From contig OX597819.1 in NCBI GenBank assembly GCA_951406725.2, positions 114,948,001 through 115,012,000 on the forward strand: a stretch of DNA of 64,000 nt, read 5' to 3'. The number at the start of each line of letters is the position of its first letter. Positions within the stretch are counted from its first letter, which is position 1. This DNA comes from Octopus vulgaris. Taxonomy: Eukaryota. The notes below the pieces were generated by a model. That model worked only from the letters and a program-made list of their open reading frames with translations. It had not been told where the DNA came from and ran no database searches. Shown in pieces: positions 11,530 through 25,733 of the stretch. Made by a program: the position numbers and the translations under genes.

Positions 11530-12775
11530 CCCATGGTGACAGGAAGACAGGAAAGTTCTTGATGATGCATGGAGCCCATCATTCACGTGCAGACACTGAT
11601 CTCCTATACATGGAGAGAGCAAATGGAGGGAGAGGACTGATAAGTATGGTTTCAAATTTCGGCACAGGGCCATCAGTTTTTGAAAGGAGGGGTGGTTTAG
11701 TCGATTACATTGATCTCAGTACTTGAGTAGTATTATTTTATCGTGATTGAATTTTTCCAATATGAGTAAAGATGCTCATCAAAAAGAAGGCCTAAAATTT
11801 GGAGTGGATTGTCGATTACATCGACCCCAATACTAAAAAATATGAATTAATGTCTGAACACTAATTCTCTGAATCAACGGAAAAGATAAAAGAAGCAGTG
11901 CAGGCCATAGCTGCATGCACACATCTCCTCAAACAATGGATAACACCATGTGCAAAAATAATCTGAAGAAATTCAATATATTTGAAAGAGCACAATAAAA
12001 ATAGAGCAATAAATACTTGAGTTTAAGAGTAAAGTCAGAGTAGATTAGTCTGGATAGATGAGAAGGAGGATATAGCGATGTTCCATATATTAACAGAAAA
12101 ATCAAGACACTGAATTTATAGATGACGTATGAGAAAAACAGTGTAGATGTCAGATTTACATTGAAAAAGCCCAGTAAATAGATATCATCTGATAAAGATG
12201 AGATCCCTCTAAATCGGTTTAATGTCTTTAAAAATTCGCACAAAACGTTAGCTTAGTCTTAAAACTTAATTACGAAAGAACCTCGAAGTTGGTCAATGGT
12301 GTTACATTTCTTATCCCAAAAAGTGACGAAAGAAAATCCCTAAGAATTATACATCCATAACGTGCCTTACAACAATATACAAGATTTTACATCTGTCATT
12401 ATGGAACTAGAAAAAATACCTTTTTACTCAGCAGGATAGAAGAATAACTTGAAACTTTCAGAATTTTCACAAATAATTAAGAAACTTTTATCTCATGTCA
12501 TGAAACTCTGGAAAATGAAATTAATTTTTAACACAGACATTACCACTATAAACTCTGGAGTAGTCAATATTATTTTTTTTTTTACTTGTTTCAGTCATTT
12601 GACTGTGGCCATGCTGGAGCACCGCCTTTAGTCGAGCAAATCGACCCCAGGATTTATTCTTTGTAAGCCTAGTACTTATTCCATCGGTCTCTTTTGCCGA
12701 ACTGCTAAGTTACGGAGACGTAAACACACCAGCATCGGTTGTCAAGCGATGTTGGGGGGAAAATACAGATATACA

Positions 12776-12871
<96 letters not shown>

Positions 12872-14100
12872 TTTATTTTAAGCAGCAGAAAATTCAACAA
12901 ATTCAACAAATTCTGTTGCTTAAAATAAAGCATATTGCTCTACCACTGGTATTTGAGTACTCTTTTTTCCACCTTGTTTCACATTTATGTGTTTACTCCG
13001 GTATATATATATATATATATATATACGACAGGCTTCTTTCAGTTTCCGTCCACCAAATTCACTCACAAGGCTATGGTCGGCCCGAGGCTATAGTAGAAGA
13101 CACTTGCCCAAGGTGCCATGCAGTGGGACTGAACCCGGAACCATGTTGCTGGTAAGCAAGTTACTTACCACACAGCCACTCCTGCGCCTATGTGAAATCT
13201 TGTGAAATCTTCCAAGAAGACTCATTATCTTTGTTATTCTGTTTAGCACCGATTCCTCTAAGTAAACTCCTGAACGAAACAAATTATAGATCTAAAGTGT
13301 TTGAAAAAAAATCACGTACCATTATCTCTTCTTTTGGCGAAAAATGATCAAGAACTGCGAGTGCTCCTTCTCCCAGTCAATCAATTTAGAGATGACGCCA
13401 AAATAGAACTTGAGCCTGACAAATGCACCAAAGGAAAACTATCAAACCCATGCAACATCACCCTAGATAAGATAACAAAATATAAGAACTGGGACCTGAG
13501 GTGTTTATAAAGGAATTAAGCTCTCGCTAATGAGAAAAAAGATAATAAAGAAATACTATCGTAGAGCGTAAGAGCTATTCTGAAAACTAAGCTGAATGCC
13601 AGAAAAAAGGTCATAAAAACTTTAGTCATGCCTATAATCACATACAGCTTCAATGTTATTGACTGGTCCATAGGGAGATAACAAAGTTCATGTCAAAATC
13701 CAAAAGGTGATGAAAATGTATCGTGTGCCTGATCCAAAAGCAGACGTAGATCAATTATACCTCCCGAGAAATGAAAGGGGTTAATGCAGTTTGAGCTTTC
13801 AGTGAAAATTGCAGTCATCGCACCTTTACTTACCCGCAACAAACGAACGACTGGATATTAAAGCTGGTTCTGAAACATGAAGCTACAAAAACTACACTAA
13901 GTAAAGGACAATGGAGTTAGTAATATACTGAGAAATGAAGCTAGATGAACCAGTACCTGAAAAAAAAAATGTATCTGATCTCAAGCCTGAAACTTCAACT
14001 AGGAATTATCATTATAATGTTCTGAAATATGAAAACAGTCCATCTTGTCGAGTATGCGGAGAACACTCAGAGACAATCGACTACATAATCTCTGGTGATA
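11530..14100 (+). mobile_element. Fragments of an R4/Dong-like non-LTR retrotransposon (restriction-like endonuclease group)
   Basis: HHSRADTDLLYMERANGGRGLIS, PKADVDQLYLPR, and the Zn-knuckle-like CRVCGEHSETIDYIISG. Fragmented by SINEs. Confidence 0.65.
12580..13190 (-). mobile_element. tRNA-derived SINE (family III) with an internal (TA)n that carries a secondary insert
   Basis: Reverse complement matches 58756-59210. An extra ~135-bp hairpin-containing piece (12870-13003) sits inside its TA run. Confidence 0.88.
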
Positions 14101-14108
14101 AGGACGTC

Positions 14109-14881
14109 TCTATAGAAATTATAGCCAGCTCTGATTTTGTTACGACGTTTCATATCCAAGACATCAGATGTAAACAAATGGAATGGAAGAACTCCGTCGG
14201 TTACGACGACGAGGGTTCCGGTTGATGCGATCAACGGAACAGCCTGCTCGTGAAATTAACGTGTAAGTGGCTGAGCACTCCACAGACACGTGTACCCTTA
14301 ACGTGGTTCTCGGGGGTATTCAGCGTGACACAGAGAGTGAAAAGGTACAACAGAAACAGGAAGTAAGAGTGAGAGAAAGTTGTGGTGAAAGAGTGCAGCA
14401 GGGATCACCACCATCCCTGCCGGAGCCTCGTGGAGCTTTAGGTGTTTTCGCTCAATAAACACTCACAACGCCCGGTCTGGGAATTGAAACCGCGATCCTA
14501 CGACCGCGAGTCCGCTGCCCTAACCACTGGGCCATTGCGCCTCCACTGTAAACAAATAATGAGATCGAAAATAAAAAAAACGCGTACCGAGCGTATATGC
14601 CATACTTCGGGAGTTTTTGCTCCTTCATCAGCACCCATCTAACCCATAGATCATCCTCAAATGCATTACTTAAATTGCCACTACATATAGTGGTGTAATG
14701 TAACTGGATATATCAATTTACATATTACGCACAATCCTAGAAGCTGGTCCGTAAATATTAATGAAAAATCTCCCGAAATATGGCATTACCCGCTTTTTAA
14801 ACTTCGATCTCATTGTTTGTTCACATCTGATGTCTCGGATACGAAACGTAACAAAATCAGTGCTGGTTACAATTTCTATAG
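14109..14881. mobile_element. MITE-like element (~70-bp imperfect inverted ends) with a nested SINE
   Basis: CTATAGAAATTATAGCCAGC...CATCAGATGTAAACAA pairs with TTGTTCACATCTGATG...GTTACAATTTCTATAG. Confidence 0.7.
14190..14546 (-). mobile_element. SINE family I with 11-bp target-site duplication
   Basis: TGTAAACAAAT at 14169-14179 and 14547-14557. Confidence 0.9.
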
Positions 14882-15886
14882 GAAATCTGTAGAGAGGACC
14901 TTATCACATGTTTAAAGTGCGCTCTAACACAGTAGTACATGATATTGAGTTATAAAAAACGTTTAATATACTTTGTAGAATATTATAGCTGCATAACGAA
15001 ATACCATGTGCCTACAAGTCATTAACATAATCTCTGGATGCAGTCAACTGACACCAATAATTTTCATTTCCTTGAGATGCCACATTTTTTCAGTTCAATG
15101 AGCAAATCTTTATATTTTCTAAGCTTGTCAAATTCTTTTCTGAGATATTATGATCACAGGGAATAGTCATGTCGATCAATAAATAAACTTTATTGTTTTG
15201 GTCTTTCACAACAATATCCGATTTATTAGCTTTGATAGTTCAGTTTGTATATACTGGTTAGATTTTCTTCCTCAGTTACAGACTCAGGGTGGTGATTGTA
15301 CCACTTGTCGGCAGTTTTGATTTTATGATGATGATAATTATAATAATAATAATGCCCTGATGTAGTAGCTCTCATGGCTTCTATCTTAATTGATTGGAAG
15401 TGTTATCATGTACATTGTTTTGTCTTGGTATAAAAGATGGTTTACGGCAAATATTCTACTCAATACCACAGATTTGCTTGTCAGTTGTTTGACCGTAACC
15501 AGTTGAGCATGTTCCTTGCTGGCTGACGATATGTGCATCTCTGATCACGAGCAGAAGTAGTGGGGGAACATCATAGCCATGTGTTGAGAAGAAATTTTTG
15601 GGATTTGAATATTTCGCCTCTGGAAACATAGGTGTTTCATTCAACATCGTTAAACAAACCTTATTCAAGGACCATTCGAGTGGGATTGCTACTCGACCTG
15701 AAGAAAATTCTAACTGGGCCCCACCTGCACATATGTCGTGCACATATGGCTGCGATGCATGTGCCTAGTGTACTCTTATCGGATGGGCAGTCATGACGAG
15801 TATACTGGGTTTCGTATATTTTATCCCAATGCCACTTTGATGGCATGCACTGCTCTCTCACTCACTGAATAATAATAATAATAATG

Positions 15887-15920
<34 letters not shown>

Positions 15921-16074
15921 GGGTGGAGCACTTGCAGAAAACAGCACTGCTTGGAACCGCTCGAATACTCCGGAAGGTGCTCGAAAAATAAAAGGTTTAC
16001 TTTAGTTCACCGGTAGTGAACAGCTGACACTGTTGTATATCTCCAGCGTTGGAAGCTGTGCAAAGGCAATAATG

Positions 16075-16106
<32 letters not shown>

Positions 16107-16149
16107 CTTTATTAGCTACTATACAAGAAGTATGGATTCGAGGTAACAC

Positions 16150-16610
16150 GTGCTTGGTATCACCATACACCGGAAAATGTAATGGACAAAAAGGGGAAGG
16201 CAAAAATCCTCTGAGGCACCGAAGTCCAGATATAGTAACCTTGAAGAAGGAGAAACAAGAGCAGTGCCAGATCAATATATCATCATGAAAGAAAGATAAA
16301 AGATTGATAAATATGGTGACCTGAGAATTGAGATCGCCAAGATGTGGCAACTACGAGAGTCAAACATAAAGGTTGTCCCTGTTGTATCGGAGCATTGAGT
16401 TCAATACCAACCAACCTAAAGAAACATCTGGAACCTTTAGAAACACCCTACAATCTAGGTGTATTGCATAAATCGGTTTTACTTGGAACTGCACGCATAT
16501 TGCGTAAAGTACTGTCTGCCTGAGGTCCTTGTTGTGACTTGACAGACAGACCCTGGTAGACAATATCTTCAACCAACAACATCACAATATTGGATACTGT
16601 GTGACGTCTT
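16150..16610 (+). mobile_element. 3' end of an R4/Dong-like LINE ending at (AAT)n
   Basis: RSPDIV...KIDKYGDL...VPVV...SVLLGTARILRKVL endonuclease C-terminus. A shorter copy lies at 15920-16070. Confidence 0.7.
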
Positions 16611-17848
16611 AAATAATAATAATAACGATAAACGCCCTGGTGCAGTGCCAGGCAATGGCTCTCGTGGCTTCTGATATTAACTGATTGGTAGTGTTAACAT
16701 GTTTATGCTTTGTCTTGGTGTAAAAGATGGGCTACAGCGAATGTCCTGCTCAGTACCACAGATTTAATTGTCAGTTGATTGACATTAACTAGTTGAGCAT
16801 GTCACTTAAAGCCAGACGATATATGCATCTCTGATCATGAGCAGAAGTAGTGTGGGAGCATCATAGCCATGTATTGAAAGGAATTCTTTGGGGGTTTGAA
16901 TATTTCATCTCTGGAAACATAGGTGTTTTGTTCACCATCCTTAAATAACCCTTATTCGGGGACCTTTTGAGCAGGATGGGTTACTCGGCCTGAAGAAAAT
17001 TCTAACTGGGTCCCACCTGCAAGATCATGCGCTATTTACCTTGATACGATATCATCATTTCGTGCAAATATGGTTGTGAAGCATGTGCCTAGTCTACCCT
17101 TATCAAACAGGTAGTCATGATGGGTACACTGGTCTTCGTATATTTGTATCTCAGCATCACTTTGATGGTGTGTGCTGCTCTCTCACTCAATAATAATAAC
17201 AATAACAGAAGTAATACAAATACTTGTTGTTTCGACTCGGTAATAGCTGTTGTTGTTTAGAAGAGGTGAGGAAGCCTGCTGCTCTAGCAAAATAGCATTT
17301 AAAAAAGAGAAGAAATAGACAAAAACACATCAACATCACAATTCTTTAAAGTTTATCTCTACAGGTTTTCTATAGAGTTCAGAGCCAGAGCTGAAATTTT
17401 CGACGTTTCGTTTACGAATACGGCTACGTAAACAATGCGATCGAAGATAGAAAAATTAGATTATGGGTGTATAGGCTTATTTCAAGAGCTATTGATGTAA
17501 GGAATGTGCAAAGTAACAACACCATCGTCATCATCGATAGAATTAACCACGTAACAGAGAGAAAAAAAAAAGTTTTGGGGTTGTGGTTGGCAAAAAAAAA
17601 AAAAAGAAAGAAAAAAGGAGTGGAAGAAAGCATAATTGACAGAAAGTCTTAACTTATGTAAAATATGGGTTAGCAAATGTATAGACGACTCCTCCAATAT
17701 TCAACGTCGAGTGCTACTGAAATAAATATAAAAAAATCAGGTAGAAGAAATTGATAGCGAAGAGTGAGTGGGAAGTAGAGAGACGGAGTGAAAAAGAGAA
17801 AGAAAGAAAGAAAGAATGAGAGGAAGGGAGGTGGAGTCAACATGCTTA

Positions 17849-18004
17849 TGTAGTAGTAGTAGTAGTAGTAGTAGTAGAAGTAGCAGCAGCAGCAGCGGTA
17901 GTAGTAGTAGTTGTAGTAGTAGTAGTAGTAGTAGCAGTAGTTGTTGTAGTAGTAGTAGTAGTAGTAGTAGCAGTAGTTGTTGTAGTAGTAGTAGTAGTAG
18001 TAGC

Positions 18005-18037
<33 letters not shown>

Positions 18038-18115
18038 TGTATTATTATTATTATCATTATTATTATTAGTAGTAGTAGTAGGAGGAGGAGGAGCAGAAGT
18101 AGCAGGAGTAAGAAT
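17849..18115. repeat. (AGT)n/(ATT)n compound microsatellite
   Basis: Direct reading of the sequence. Confidence 0.95.
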
Positions 18116-18403
18116 AGTGGTTGAAATCTTGCTCTAGCAAAATAGCACAAAAGTGAGAAGAAATAGATAAAAAATGCAACAAAATAATTACATCACCATT
18201 ATTAGAAATGACCACGTGGTTGAATAAAAATATGAAGAATGATAAAGCAAATAGTTGGAAAGAGCAGGAATTACATGGCCAATTCATGCAACAATTTGAG
18301 CTTGTTGGAAGTAAAGAACAAATAGAAACAAGCCCTTAAAACAAACTTGATATTGACAAAGACTGACAAAACTCAATAAGAGAGAAAATGCAGACTCTAG
18401 ACA

Positions 18404-18560
18404 CGGGCGTAGGTGTGTGGTAAGAAGCTTGCTTTCTAACCACATAGTTCCAGGTTCGGTTCTACTATGTGGCACCTTGGGCAAGTGTTTTTCACTATAG
18501 CCAAACAAAGGCTTATGAGTGCATTTCGTAGACAGAAATTGAAAGACGCCCTTCGTATGT
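18404..18560 (+). mobile_element. SINE family III 5' part followed by (CA)n
   Basis: GTGTGGTAAGAAGCTTGCTT...GGCACCTTGGGCAAGTG. Confidence 0.75.
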
Positions 18561-18577
18561 ATACACACACACACACA

Positions 18578-18626
<49 letters not shown>

Positions 18627-19184
18627 CAGATGGACTTTTCCATCGAAGTCGACGTATTAGCGTTCAGCTTTTGCCGAACGACCTGTACAAATGATTTGTT
18701 TATAGTGATCGAATGTTCGTACCGCACATTAGAGCACTCTCTCCATCAAATCGATGCTGTCTGATCAGGTGCACTATGTACCACAGGTCAGTTGTCGAAG
18801 TGATCACAGAGCAAGAACACAACGCACCACTAGTTTGGATCGAGAGTGCAATACCCTAACCATGCGCCCTCACTACATATGTGTGTGTGTGTATGGAGAG
18901 ATCATGTCCGTTGCTCCAAATTATCGAAAATATTCTAAGGCAGTACAATGGTTTGACACCTTGACAAGGGAAATTTCCAGACGCCATTTCTTTGTTGCAA
19001 CAAGAAATTGCGTCTTAGCAAATAATGTCGAAAGAGTTCATTGAATGTTCCTACCCATTTCACATTACATGTAATGAACGTAATGAAGGGATCAAACCGG
19101 CCAAATTTTCTGACATAAGTCATTGCATCTTGAGTTCGTTCATATATATCTCACTGTCCTCCTGTGAATATTCTTTTCTACTCA

Positions 19185-19750
19185 AGGCACAAGGCCCGAA
19201 ATTTTGGGGGTGGGGGACCAGTCGATTAGATCGACCCCAGTACGCAACTGGTACTTAATTTATCGATCCCGAAGGATGAAAGGCAAAGTCGACCTCGGCG
19301 GAATTTGAACTCAGAACGTAACGGCAAACGAAATACCTATTTCTTTACTGCCTGCAAGGGGTTTAACACAGAGAGGACAAACAAGGACAGACAAACGGAT
19401 TATATCGACCCCAGTGAAAAACTGGTACTTATTTAATCGACCTCAAAAGGATGAAAGGCAAAGTTGACCTAGGTGGAATTTGAACTTAGAACGTAGGGGC
19501 AGACGAATACCTATTTCTATTTCTTTACTACTCACAAGGGGCTAAACACAGAGAGGACAAACAAGGACAGACAAACGGATTAAGTCGATTACATCGACCC
19601 CAGTGCGTAACTGGTACTTATTTAATCGATCCCGAAAGGATGAAAGGCAAAGTCGACCTCGGCGGAATTTGAACTCAGAACGTAACGGCAGACGAAATAC
19701 CGCAAAGCATTTCGCCCGGCGTGCTAACGTTTCTGCCAGCTCATCGCCTT
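19185..19750 (-). mobile_element. SINE family II, three tandem units
   Basis: Three repeats of the ~180-bp core, with the head at 19690-19750. Confidence 0.88.
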
Positions 19751-19819
19751 CCTGCTGTGAATATATATATGGCAGTGTGACTGGCTGGCCAACATATGTC
19801 TTGGTTCATCGTCATAAGT

Positions 19820-20232
19820 GACAGCTTTTCGAAGGTAAACAAAGTCTTCTGTGCTTAACTTGTCTTGATTTCTTTGCAGATAACACAACTTTTTTGGTTG
19901 AACTGACTGGCATCGTGAAATTAAAAGTGTAGGAGTCTTGTAAGCTGTTAGAAGCATGACAACTGTTTTGGCTGCTGTTTTCCCCAGTAGGAAACGGAAT
20001 TTCATGGAAGCATGTTGTTCCTTCGTTTCAGCCATCGCTAAAATCGATGAACCGGAAAGAAGCACAGCAAAGCAAAGACGAACCACGCGGCACTAGGACT
20101 ACACACGACGAAACCGGTCGACTTACTGATGTCTGAGAGTCGCATCAAATGGCTTCTAGCGGCAGAAGCCTGAACAACAACGAGTTCGTTCCACAGAGAA
20201 CGTTTCCGGTTACTTTTGGGTACTCCTTCGTA
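19820..20232 (-). mobile_element. mariner 5' fragment
   Basis: MAETKEQHASMKFRFLLGKTAAKTVVML resembles a mariner transposase N-terminus. TIR-like end near 20230. Confidence 0.7.
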
Positions 20233-21284
20233 TGCTTATATAACGAAATACGTAAGTAATTGATGCAACAATATGCACTTGACAGTGTGTTTGCAAACAC
20301 AGAACACTTTCCAATTTGGCATTCAAATATATCCCTAATATTAACGAGCTCAAGTTCTTTAGTATTAGTCCTTTTGGGGCTGTATAAAGGCCACGTTTTT
20401 TGCTATCATTTACATAAGGTTTATTCATTTCAACTACTAAATGCCCAAGTTTAATTTGCTAAGTTTGTTACATTGCACTTCAATGATTTTGGAGTAAAAG
20501 GTATGGTTGCGAAATTTTGGTGGTCCCTACATGAGTAAGGGGCCTCAGCGGGTGATGCCGGAGTTGGTGCTAATACTATGTGTATGTGTGCGTGTGCATG
20601 CGCGTATATGTATACATGTGTATGCGTAAACATGTATATATGCGTTCACATATACGTGATCATCCATATATCTGTAAAGAATGATTAACAAATGCTAACA
20701 GTAAGTCAAACAATGAACATGTCATTCTTGACTAAAAACTGATGCTTATCTTATGAATAATGCAGAAATACATCTTAAGACCAATTTTACGAGTGCAATG
20801 TGTTACGTGTGTCTGCTGTTTATTGCGAACATTTAACACAGCAATTTTTACAGAATTATGTAAACAAACTGTGGTTGGTCTTGTAATTTTTGCAGATATT
20901 GAGTAATTTTAAGTTAAATGGGTAGTTTAGAGTGCTTTAGATTAGGGAACTAAATCAAATTGACCTAAAGAATCATAAATTTGAATTTCTGAAAATACAA
21001 CAAATAACACTAATCTACTTTCGTTCTGAAAATCTGAACTTTATTGCTGTCAGCAATATTAGGTGTATTAGTTGACATATTTACGGTGCCATATCCTTAT
21101 GTTTAATAAACCTATATTTAATTTCATTGTGAAATTGGGCTCCGTCATTTAACGACCAAATTTTAGGCAGCTTAAAATAAGTCATATCAAAGATCAGTTA
21201 CTTCTGCTTTTCTAGATCTATATAGTTATTAGAATAGGTCAATTTATTATAAAAATCTAAGCAAGTCTCTGGAAGTAACAATTC

Positions 21285-21335
<51 letters not shown>

Positions 21336-22438
21336 CACATGCGCGGCGGTGTTGAAAAGTTCTTGGCTTTGGGTAAAAAAAAATACAGTAGGATCAGTTA
21401 AGATTTTATTTCTCCTCTCAGTTTCACACAATTATTGTAGCGGATCCTTAGTTGTTCTAAACCCTGTAAAAGAACTTGGAAATTTGGGTCTCCAACTAGG
21501 ACTTTCGCAATACTCTTAAAGCGCCCCCTCCTATGTGTGTGTGTGTGTGTGTGTGTGTGTAAACCAGAACCACCTGTGGTATCACAGCATCCGCAAACCG
21601 GTTGTGACACTTGCTTACTTCCTGTAGTAGCGAGCGGTTGTCATATTTTCCATACTAGCCACTCTGACTACTGCCGTCTTGGATTATCACCTAATTACCT
21701 AATTCGCGTGTGAAACCGATTAGTAAAGTCGGTTGAAATGTATCTATACTATTGTATAGTGTAAAGATTAATATACGCACAATTTATTGACAAATATATT
21801 AGTGCCTGTGTTTTGGGACTTATAGATCACCTTGTGAATGAATTTGGCTCACCTACACAAAACCTGTCGTATATATCTTTTACTTGTTTCAGACATTAGA
21901 TAGCGGCTATGCTGGGGTACCGCCTCAAAGAATTTTAGTCGAACTAATCGTCAACAGTAATTATTTTTTTAAGCCTAAGACTTATTTCATCGGTCATTTT
22001 GCCGAACCGCTAAGCCCTTTCCTCTGAAGTAAATCTGGAACGCAGTATAGCTGCGAAGACCGCTTAGAAGATCTACATTTTTTAGCACATAGAATCAAAC
22101 CAAGTACCTCTCAGACTCCAGTTAAGTGCTCTGTACAATTACGCTAAGTGGCCCAATACACTTAATACCGTCTTTTATAACGCTAATTATCTTAGAATGA
22201 CAAAAATATTTTAAATATTAAACTGATCATTTTTTAAATCCTTTATTTGTTTCCGTCATTTGACTGAGACCATGCTAGGACATGGCCTTGAAGGGTTTAG
22301 ACTTTTTAAAGCCTTGTACATATTCTATCGGTCATTTTTGACGAACCGCTAGATTACTGGGATGTAAATATACCAACACCACTTGTCAAGCAGTGATGAG
22401 AGATAACACAGACGCAAAGACACACACACACACACACA

Positions 22439-22527
<89 letters not shown>

Positions 22528-22897
22528 GACAGGATTCTTGCTGTTTCTGTGTACCAAATCCACTCCGAAGACTTTGTTCAGCCGTGAGTGAATAAGTCAA
22601 TTTCATTATTCTTATGGTTTAAAAAGATCATTCTTTATAATTCGGGCGATAATTATTGATTTTTCTTTATTTATTACCCACAAGGGGCTAAACACAGAGG
22701 GGACAAACAAGGACAGACATAGGTATTAAGTCGATTACATCGACCCCAGTGCGTAACTAGTACTTAATTTATCGACCCCGAAAGGATGAAAGGCAAAGTC
22801 AATTATTGATGGTAATAATTCAACATCCCAAAGAGAGAAGGAGAGGGACATAAGTTCCAAACATTTTGTCGTGTTATCCTACAGTATCATGGCTCAC

Positions 22898-22996
22898 ATA
22901 ATAAATCGGAAATAAACATTCAAACGTAATTGTGAATATGAAAAGAAAACCTAGAGCACTGACATATTTATTAGGAAATTTTCTTTACAGCTGGCG
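22898..22996 (+). promoter_or_regulatory. Conserved upstream block of gene A
   Basis: ATAATAAATCGG, GTAATTGTGAATATGA and CAGCTGGCG are degenerate versions of the motifs upstream of genes B and C. A ~350-bp microsatellite separates them from the exon end. Confidence 0.5.
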
Positions 22997-23116
22997 TACT
23001 ACACACACACACACACCATGCACACACTCACACACACACATATATACATACACACACACATGTAAACATTATATATATATGTATAAATGAGTGTATATAT
23101 ATATATACATATATAC

Positions 23117-23167
<51 letters not shown>

Positions 23168-23240
23168 CATACTTACATACGTATATATATATATATATAC
23201 ACATACATACATACATACGTACATATATATATATACATAC

Positions 23241-23292
<52 letters not shown>

Positions 23293-23366
23293 GCACACAT
23301 ATTTATGCATGTGTTTATGCTTGTATGTGTGTGTATGTATATAGATGTATATATTTCTGAACGTAG

Positions 23367-23388
23367 AAGTCATCTTCAAGATCAGAAG
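23367..23388 (+). other. Non-coding 5' exon (3' end) of gene A
   Basis: ctgaacgtagAAGTCATCTTCAAGATCAGAAG|gtaagt has a consensus donor and is paralogous to 37860-37880 and 6847-6868(-). Its 5' boundary is uncertain. Confidence 0.7.
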
Positions 23389-23489
23389 GTAAGTGAAATA
23401 TGTGTAGTGTTCTATTTAACAGTGAAATAGAATTTTGATGCTAAATGTATATAATTACAATGCCAAATACATTTAATTATTAATCGCTA

Positions 23490-25345
23490 TCTATCAGATA
23501 ATTATGGTAGTATTCCTTGTTTATAATGGTGAGAATACACTCTGGTTCTGATACACTATTCATGTATACGTCAGGGTAATCCTTTCATGGCAATCTTTTC
23601 AAGACAACCTTCATGTGGGTAGTATTGTAAATAGTCTTTACATCATGCTTCAGTGGCAGGTAATATCTTGGGTACATTTTGGGGCAGCTGCTGAAATTTT
23701 CTATTACAACGTGGCGGTTTGGTGGTATCATTGTTTCTGTTGCTTACCCGTATTTTGTAGCAATCACATGTTTCTGGATAGCGAAGGTATTATTCTAGGT
23801 GGGAGGTAATGAATTAACCACAAGCCCAGAAGAGGCTATTCTTCCTGTAAATGCTGCTATTATTTTCTAGTTTATGGGATATGTACCCTTTGGAGGTATG
23901 ATGTGTGCTTCTCTTCCAAGCTTCTGTTAAGGTAGGCCAGCCAAGCCTACATTGGAACGGATGGGACAGTTGTACGCTCAGAATACCTGCTCAGTAGTTT
24001 TTCCTCTTCCCTAAAGATGTTGCTCTCATTTGAGTACGCATGTAATGCACTAATTTCTTTCGATACTATTCAGCAGATGTTGTCTGAGTGATACACTGCA
24101 GCATTCAGAGGCTATTTGGACCGACCTTATGCCTCTACTGCCATCTCCACTCTCACATAGATCCTATCCGTGTCACTGTTAATGTGAAAGTTACCGTTGG
24201 TGGTCAGTATCTTTCTAGTTTTTATATCCAGACTGAGGATCTTATCAAGTTCCCATGCCAATATTTCAGATATTGGTACTATCTCTGGCACTGCAATAAC
24301 ATTGTGAGATATGGCCTTGTTAAATGCAAACAGTTCTGAGTTTCATATTTCCCGGAGTCTACAGAAGTACTATTTTGTTATTTTAGCTTTACTCACAGTG
24401 CCCACGTATGCAACATTCTCATCGATTTCGGGTGGAGATAGACGAACTATCAATGTAAATGTTTTTTCTGGTCGACAATCTTTTTTCAGTTGACTATCAT
24501 GTATGAGTGTTTGCTTTGCGCAAACTGTGACACGTTCTAATTGTCTCTCGACGTTGTTCATGTTACCAGAATATATCTTTAGGTTATCAACAAAAAATGT
24601 GTAGGTGACATTACTTTTATGCTTTTCTGCATATCCCTGCATGTATCCTTGGCATTTTGTTAATAGGACAGACAAGGAGTTCATTGCCAGTACAAACAAC
24701 ACTACAGATAAAGTGTCACCCTAGAATATGCCTGCTGATAGCTTAATTCTATTTGTAACAATAGGTGTTGCTTTAGTAGTTGTCAGTAATAACTGTGTGG
24801 ACTATGTTATGGCTTGTTTCAATGACACTCGCCACAGCAGCTGGTATTTTGGAAAAGTATAGTAATTCTACGCAGAAGAACAGAGTTGAACGCCTTCTTG
24901 TAATTTTCCTATATTGTTAAGAGGTGACGGTGATGTTTCTTGGCTTTCTCAGAAGAACTGTTCCGTACAGCTCCAGCTCCCTTTCTTTTCCCCCGCTTGT
25001 TCGTCCATTTTCACACCATTTCTTTGGAAATGTTCTTAGAGAAACATTAAAACAACCTGTGTACAGTTTGTACATAACATTCAAGCATGTTATGGGCCTG
25101 TAGGTTTTGGTTACAAAGGTTTATTTGTCCGTCATACGTCAACAAATCTGGTATACTTAGCTCAGCATCCATTTTGGGGCAGGGTCATGAAAATGTTTTT
25201 GTAGAGCGCGAGTATTTTGTACCAATAGCCTACCATCAGGTGTCTCCCAGGTGATTTTTTCCGTTTAACAGTTTCATAGTAACCGCCAGGATGGTTTCAC
25301 TGGTGATGTTATATATTTCGGGAGAGGCATTGACGCAGTACTCAC
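23490..25345 (-). mobile_element. Decayed R4/Dong-like LINE in intron 1 of gene A
   Basis: RT remnants YRPITCLNVMYKL, GIF*GDTLSVVLFVLAMN and FFVDNLKIY. Confidence 0.75.
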
Positions 25346-25393
25346 TCAGTGTGTATGTATGTATGTATGCATGCATTCCTGTGAGTGTGTATG

Positions 25394-25425
<32 letters not shown>

Positions 25426-25687
25426 TGTATGTATGTATGTATGTATGTATGTATGCATGCATGCATGCATGCATGCATGCATGCATGCATGTATGTATGT
25501 ATGTATGTATGTATGTATGTATGTATGTATGTATGTATGCATGCATGCATGCATGCATGCATGCATGCATGCATGTATGTATGTATGTATGTATGCATGC
25601 ATGCATATATGTATATACGTACTAAAATTATTCTTTTATAGTTACACATGTACATGCACAAACTCACGCCCTGCCTGCCTGTCCCTC

Positions 25688-25733
<46 letters not shown>

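Noticed and set aside
17737-18150. Poly-Leu / poly-Ser ORFs
   Set aside because: They are (AGT)n microsatellite read-through.
20660-20706. Donor-like CA|gtaagt as an extra upstream exon of gene A
   Set aside because: No counterpart was found near genes B or C, and a lone donor hexamer is expected by chance.
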